From a virus, in IMG/VR virus record IMGVR_UViG_3300027704_000017, positions 5,034 through 69,033 of that record: 64,000 bases of DNA, one strand, 5' to 3'. Numbering within the stretch: the first letter of the stretch is position 1; each line of letters begins with the position of its first letter. The translations under genes were made by a program, and so were the position numbers. Shown piece after piece: positions 59,814 to 64,000 of the stretch. A model generated the notes under the pieces. The model was given only the letters and a program-made list of their open reading frames with translations, was not told the origin of the DNA and did not search any database.

Positions 59814-60199
59814 TAAACCAGCTACTACACTGTTAAAAAGTGCTACACCCTGCCCATCCACCAGGATTGTGTAGCGATTGACCCTCAACTTAGCGTTTTT
59901 AGAGAAAGGATAAACGTAGTCTACGACCACAAACCTACTTTGTTCGGTACAAAGATACAAAACCCCCTACTTGCCATACGCTTTATACACCTCTCAAGTG
60001 GGTAAGGTGTGCCAGTCTGTCCGCGAGATCAAAGAACACCAAAGGTTAATCAGATCACTCAAGCATTGTTACTGGACTTAACGAGCAGTTGGTAGCACTT
60101 ATTTATAGTCCCTGCATATCACAGACGCTCACCAGCTTAGGACTTACAGTGAAGGTACAGGGAGACGCTTTATCAGTGCGTTCCTTTCCTCACTTTTGA
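59790..60199 (-). ncRNA. Candidate ~410-nt structured non-coding RNA
   Basis: Own promoter and terminator, no credible ORF, multiple stems. Confidence 0.6.
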
Positions 60200-60205
60200 A
60201 ACACT

Positions 60206-60234
60206 ATTATACTTACTTTTAACCAAATCGTCAA
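60206..60234 (-). promoter_or_regulatory. sigma70-type promoter of candidate ncRNA
   Basis: TTGACG-17bp-TATAAT. Confidence 0.85.
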
Positions 60235-60450
60235 GAACTATTTTTGGAATCCTTAAACTATTTGCTAGGAATCAAGCCATTCCTGAAAGGTTTTAATATA
60301 CTCACCAGAGCCTTTCATACAACTAACATAAATTTCGTATCTATCGTACATCGCACTCATACTAACCTCCCATACATACTAGAACTAAAGGGAAGAAGAA
60401 TAGCGTAGCTACGAACCACGCTATACCACTATACTTTTGTGACGCGGACA

Positions 60451-60774
60451 CTATAGTGCTGCCAAAGCATTTACTAGTGACTCAAGGTCTTGCTTAGATG
60501 CTTTCTCAAGTGTAGACAACTCTACACCAAGTGCTTCGTTGATCTGTGCTACTAGCTCTGCTTTACGGATTACCGGAGCACCAGTCTTGGTGACTCGTGG
60601 AGCTGCTTTGTAAACGCCCTCACGCACTAGCTTAGCAACAATAGATCGTGTAGTCTTGCTGAACTCTTCAGACAATCTAGCAACTGTCTCTGGAGTTGGG
60701 TTATCTTGATAGTCGGCAACCATAGCCTGTACCATTTCTTCTGTGTAGTTTACTGCTTTAGTTACTTCTGTCAT
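60451..60774 (-). CDS. A2-like DNA-binding protein
   Basis: VNYTEEM...RSIVAKLVREGVY...IRKAELV...LEKASKQDL. Confidence 0.75.
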   Translation of the reverse strand: MTEVTKAVNYTEEMVQAMVADYQDNPTPETVARLSEEFSKTTRSIVAKLVREGVYKAAPRVTKTGAPVIRKAELVAQINEALGVELSTLEKASKQDLESLVNALAAL

Positions 60775-60837
60775 AATCTTGTCTCCCGATAAGAATGCTT
60801 TGATTTGTTTGATTAGGTTCTTTGTTTTCATGTTTCT

Positions 60838-60866
60838 ATTATACGGCTAATTAGGTATTCTGTCAA
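60838..60866 (-). promoter_or_regulatory. sigma70-type promoter
   Basis: TTGACA-17bp-TATAAT. Confidence 0.85.
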
Positions 60867-60869
60867 GAC

Positions 60870-61079
60870 TTATTTTATTTCTGGTATAGTCTCGAAGAAC
60901 ATTTCTTCACCCCAGATCATCTCTATAAGCTCTTCTGCATCCAGAGCCTCGCTACCTTCAAAGCCATCATCTTCTAGCTCTTGACGCCATGTAGATAGTT
61001 GACTGTTCCACATATCGTTAGTGTAGAAGTCGAAGCTACCGTCTGCTATATCGAATGTCACTACTGTTGCAATTGCCAT
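60870..61079 (-). CDS. Small acidic hypothetical protein
   Basis: AAGGA RBS; own promoter at 61121-61149. Confidence 0.65.
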   Translation of the reverse strand: MAIATVVTFDIADGSFDFYTNDMWNSQLSTWRQELEDDGFEGSEALDAEELIEMIWGEEMFFETIPEIK

Positions 61080-61120
61080 GTTAAATCCTTAATTTAGTTG
61101 TTTTCTTGGTTTATGCGTGT

Positions 61121-61149
61121 ATTATACGCCCATATCACCATGTTGTCAA
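61121..61149 (-). promoter_or_regulatory. sigma70-type promoter
   Basis: TTGACA-17bp-TATAAT. Confidence 0.85.
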
Positions 61150-61720
61150 TAACTTTCGGGCAAACACGGTGACCAAACGCAGTTTAATTCTCGGGGGCCC
61201 GACGCGACCTCGACGTGTCAAGTATTATTTTCCCTAATTGTCCAAAATTATATCGTCCCCGCCCAGGTTTTCAAAGACTAGACACTTCTATCCCTAATTT
61301 GCCCAAATTTGATTTAGTACTTGACATTGTTGGTGTACTACTGCTATAATCGGCGCCTTTGGCAGCAACTTTCATTTACTTGGTCGAATTTGCTCGGGGT
61401 CACAGAAAAGACTTGACATTGTTGAACTACTACTGTACAATCGGCGCAGGCTACTCTTGGGAGCAATCGTAGTACTACTCAATCGTTGTTCTACTACTGG
61501 CGCCCCCGCGCCGACCATGTCAAAAAAAGACCTGACCAATTGCCCCCAACCTGGTCACACGTTTTTGAGGCCCATTCAAATAAATCATTGTTGTTCTACT
61601 ACTGGCGCCCCCGCGCCAAAAAAATCATAAAGTCAAGCATTATTTTGCTTTTTTTATGATTTTTCTGGAAAAAGAAAAAATCCGCAATTTTTCTTTTTTG
61701 CGGATTTTTGGGTTTTGCAG

Positions 61721-61736
61721 TGTTCCACGTGGAACA
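61721..61736. promoter_or_regulatory. parS: parS consensus site
   Basis: Perfect palindrome TGTTCCACGTGGAACA. Confidence 0.7.
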
Positions 61737-61745
61737 TTGAGAGGG

Positions 61746-61776
61746 CTTCTAAATGAGAATGGATCTCATTTAGAAG
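61746..61776. promoter_or_regulatory. Inverted repeat containing Fur-box-like site
   Basis: CTTCTAAATGAGA-ATGGA-TCTCATTTAGAAG. Confidence 0.5.
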
Positions 61777-61792
61777 TTGGCACGATTCTTGC
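61777..61792 (+). promoter_or_regulatory. sigma54 (-24/-12) consensus
   Basis: TTGGCACGATTCTTGC = TGGCAC-N5-TTGC. Confidence 0.55.
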
Positions 61793-61914
61793 CTAGTAAA
61801 TTTCTATAATGATAAAAAGTTGAATTAAAATCATAATCAGTGGGCAAATCGTGCGGATTATTTCCATTTTCATTTTAAGGCGGATTAACTCCGCCTTGTC
61901 TCTGTTTTTTAAGC

Positions 61915-62565
61915 TCATCGCCCTAGCTCCAGAAGTTGAGCGCGGGTCGTATCGCGCAGAATGTGGGTGAGAATTGCGGCCTCATAATCTCGCGCATCTT
62001 CTAGCGCGGTGTGTGGCTCATCTTCTAGCGAATCGCCTAGAATAAATTTTGCCATCGCGTCAGCAGTCATTTGTGGCTTGCGTCCCTTAGCAGTCAAGAG
62101 GCCGCGATCTATACAAAATTGCTGATATTCTGCCAAAACGCCGATTTTACGTTTGGCCGCCTTCATTAGACAAAACCGCTCTGCAAAGATGCCGAGATTA
62201 ATGCGAGTATTGCGACATTTACCAAGATCGAACGAAACATTGTAAGCAGTCAATACAGGCGAATATTGAGCATTGACGCGCACCAACCATTGATTAATTA
62301 AGCCAACACCAGCAATTGAGCGATGACCGTCTTCGACCATTTGGTCATAATCCTTTAGCCTACGTTGTGCCGATTGCTCAGACCAAAACGCGTCAGGGTC
62401 AGCCAGTGGGTCGGAGAATAGCGGGAATTTGCCAAAATGCCCATTTACAAGGTGGCCGACCTGCTCCACAATTTCGCCCTGCTTGGTTACGATTACCGCG
62501 CCAAAGTCTGCAACGGTTTGCTTTTTGGTGGTTTCAGTGTCTACGATCAGATAAAAATGTTTCAT
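61915..62565 (-). CDS. DEDDh 3'-5' exonuclease (DnaQ-like)
   Basis: VDTET, AYNVSFD, HTALEDA. Confidence 0.85.
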   Translation of the reverse strand: MKHFYLIVDTETTKKQTVADFGAVIVTKQGEIVEQVGHLVNGHFGKFPLFSDPLADPDAFWSEQSAQRRLKDYDQMVEDGHRSIAGVGLINQWLVRVNAQYSPVLTAYNVSFDLGKCRNTRINLGIFAERFCLMKAAKRKIGVLAEYQQFCIDRGLLTAKGRKPQMTADAMAKFILGDSLEDEPHTALEDARDYEAAILTHILRDTTRAQLLELGR

Positions 62566-62568
62566 GGT

Positions 62569-63054
62569 TTACGCTCTCAGTTCTAGTAGTTTGGAATTTA
62601 ATTGTACAGCATTACGGGTACGAATGCCAAATTTTTCTGCCATATTTAACACGCCCATATTATCATCGTAAAAGGTAGCGTTTCGAGTCCAACGTGCAAA
62701 GGGTATTTTGAGGTCAGCAAATAGCGCCAACAATTTAGCGCGTTTCATCTCAGCATCACCGCGATTGTCACCGAGAGCGCGAGACAATACAAAGTGCGCC
62801 TTGATACCATGATCAGCCAGAAAAACCTTATCCCAAACACCCAACACCCTAGCAGTGCAGATAATAACAACATCGCCATTTGCATAATTTGATTGCATCA
62901 ACCGCGCCAGTGGGAGCAGTGTATCGCGCTCGATATTCTCGCGAGTGTTATCAGCGATCCATTTTGGCAAATCAATATCACCGTTTGCCAGTGTCGAATA
63001 TCGGTGGCTTGAGTCGATCACCGTACCATCCAAATCCCAGATTTTATATTGCAT
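62569..63054 (-). CDS. HAD-family phosphatase (PNK 3'-phosphatase-like)
   Basis: DLDGT, CTAR, K, YDDN. Confidence 0.85.
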   Translation of the reverse strand: MQYKIWDLDGTVIDSSHRYSTLANGDIDLPKWIADNTRENIERDTLLPLARLMQSNYANGDVVIICTARVLGVWDKVFLADHGIKAHFVLSRALGDNRGDAEMKRAKLLALFADLKIPFARWTRNATFYDDNMGVLNMAEKFGIRTRNAVQLNSKLLELRA

Positions 63055-63057
63055 GGT

Positions 63058-63258
63058 TTACGCTCCCATCAATTGAACAGCAAAGCCGCCAATTGATACC
63101 AAGTTAAGGACGACCAGATTCCAGATTCTGGCATAGGTCATTTGGACGGTCAGCAATGCAAGGCCGAGGATTGCAATAACAGGTAGCATGGTGAAAGAAA
63201 AAACAGCCATAACGAGCGCGCCAACGTATCCGATAGCAGTAGCAGTTGTATTATTCAT
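63058..63258 (-). CDS. Small membrane protein
   Basis: Hydrophobic throughout; GGAG RBS. Confidence 0.65.
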   Translation of the reverse strand: MNNTTATAIGYVGALVMAVFSFTMLPVIAILGLALLTVQMTYARIWNLVVLNLVSIGGFAVQLMGA

Positions 63259-63283
63259 AAAGTTCTCCAGTGATTAAGCCCTA

Positions 63284-63313
63284 ATTATACAGGGCTTAAT
63301 CATAGTTAGTCAA
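63284..63313 (-). promoter_or_regulatory. sigma70-type promoter embedded in an inverted repeat
   Basis: TTGACT-18bp-TATAAT. Confidence 0.7.
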
Positions 63314-63317
63314 GCGT

Positions 63318-63626
63318 TTATTTGATTGAAGATAAAAGAGTTGCTAGGCTTTGGCCGGTGGCTTTTTCTAGTCCCGCGCATGATTCCAGATCCAAGCCCG
63401 CGCATATAGCCGCGACCATATCGGTTTTTGTTGGAGCCGCTTTCTTTTTAGCAGGGGCAGGCTTGCTAATGTATTCGATGCCCTCACGCTTGCATTTTGC
63501 AATGATGGATCTCACACCGCGATCTAGTTGGACAGCCAAAGCCTGCGCTTTTTCGTGGTTGATAGGAGCCGCGTCAGTTAGGACAGCGATCATTTCGGGA
63601 GTATAGTTTACAGTTGTAGTAGTCAT
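63318..63626 (-). CDS. A2-like DNA-binding protein
   Basis: VNYTPEM...RSIIAKCKREGIEY...TKTDMV...GLEKAT. Confidence 0.7.
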   Translation of the reverse strand: MTTTTVNYTPEMIAVLTDAAPINHEKAQALAVQLDRGVRSIIAKCKREGIEYISKPAPAKKKAAPTKTDMVAAICAGLDLESCAGLEKATGQSLATLLSSIK

Positions 63627-64000
63627 ATTTTGTAGCCTTTTAGTATTATTAAGAATGAAATTTATTATAACATTAAAATTGTATAGAGTGCAACAAATAA
63701 AACGCATCCGCCCATAACAATTGTGAAAGTAGCTTCGAGTATTGCATTGAGTAAGTCGCGCATTTTTTTGTTTCCCTATCTGTCTAATGAAGTGATAGTA
63801 TACCACAGCCAGCGAATGAGTCAAGCATTAATAAAATTTTTCTGCATGTTTTTTAGAACAAAAAAGCATATAAAGGGGGGCGGTTAGACGACCTGGTTAT
63901 AAGCAGGCGCTCTGCGCTCCCCCACACGTACTACTTTAAGAAAAAGTCATAAACCAAAAGGGTGTATACTAAAAAAATTCTTGACAATTTACCCAAACCC

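Larger units (their letters stand above)
61160..61900. repeat. Non-coding repeat/palindrome island
   Basis: TTGTTCTACTACTGGCGCCCCCGCGCC x2; ACTTGACATTGTTG...CTACTG...AATCGGCGC x2; TCCCTAATT x2; several inverted repeats. Confidence 0.85.

Noticed and set aside
59754-59960. 68-aa ORF inside the ncRNA candidate
   Set aside because: Non-ATG start and it runs through a strong terminator into the next promoter
60178-60195. GAGGAAAG resembling the RNase P RNA 5' motif
   Set aside because: Lacks the following UCC and the 3' ACAGAA..CGGC partner
60439-60451. matS-like GTGACGCGGACAC
   Set aside because: Two mismatches to GTGACRNYGTCAC, single copy
1-64000. tRNA genes (common in T5-like phages)
   Set aside because: No cloverleaf with T-loop GTTCRA and acceptor stem found by eye; needs tRNAscan-SE to exclude
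1-64000. Stop-codon reassignment, introns or inteins
   Set aside because: Core genes are intact and of normal length under the standard code

Overview
Part of a lytic T5-like (Demerecviridae-like) siphophage genome, probably infecting a Gammaproteobacterium (inferred from iscU/rpsU type and host-style binding sites). Layout: + strand late tail module (1-16.5 kb: tail terminator, tube, chaperones, tape measure, Dit, a 2206-aa hub/fibre fusion, collar, fibre proteins); a giant Thr-rich fibre gene followed by glycosyltransferase-like and Coq4-like genes (16.5-24.4 kb); - strand T5-type replication module (nrdAB, D15-D10, polA, primase, helicase, D5, split NAD ligase, D3, D2, thyX) with two radical SAM enzymes, an SDR, a JmjC oxygenase and phoH inserted, then glycosyltransferases and lysis genes (24.4-52.3 kb); + strand small early genes incl. 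rpsU and iscU (52.5-58.2 kb); and a - strand early/pre-early-like region with three A2-like paralogues (58.8-63.8 kb). Top observations: (1) the ~1455-aa Thr-rich protein is self-complementary: its two ~620-aa arms mirror each other in 4/6-residue spacing with aromatic residues facing Arg/Lys/aliphatic residues, implying one giant antiparallel beta-hairpin with a ~90-aa tip domain, encoded beside candidate glycosyltransferases; (2) a non-coding island with back-to-back parS, Fur-like and sigma54 sites; (3) two promoter-driven, ORF-less structured RNA candidates; (4) a candidate +1 frameshift in the tail chaperone. Seven perfect tandem duplications (two frameshifting) may be assembly artefacts. 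All product calls come from motif recognition and synteny, not database searches.
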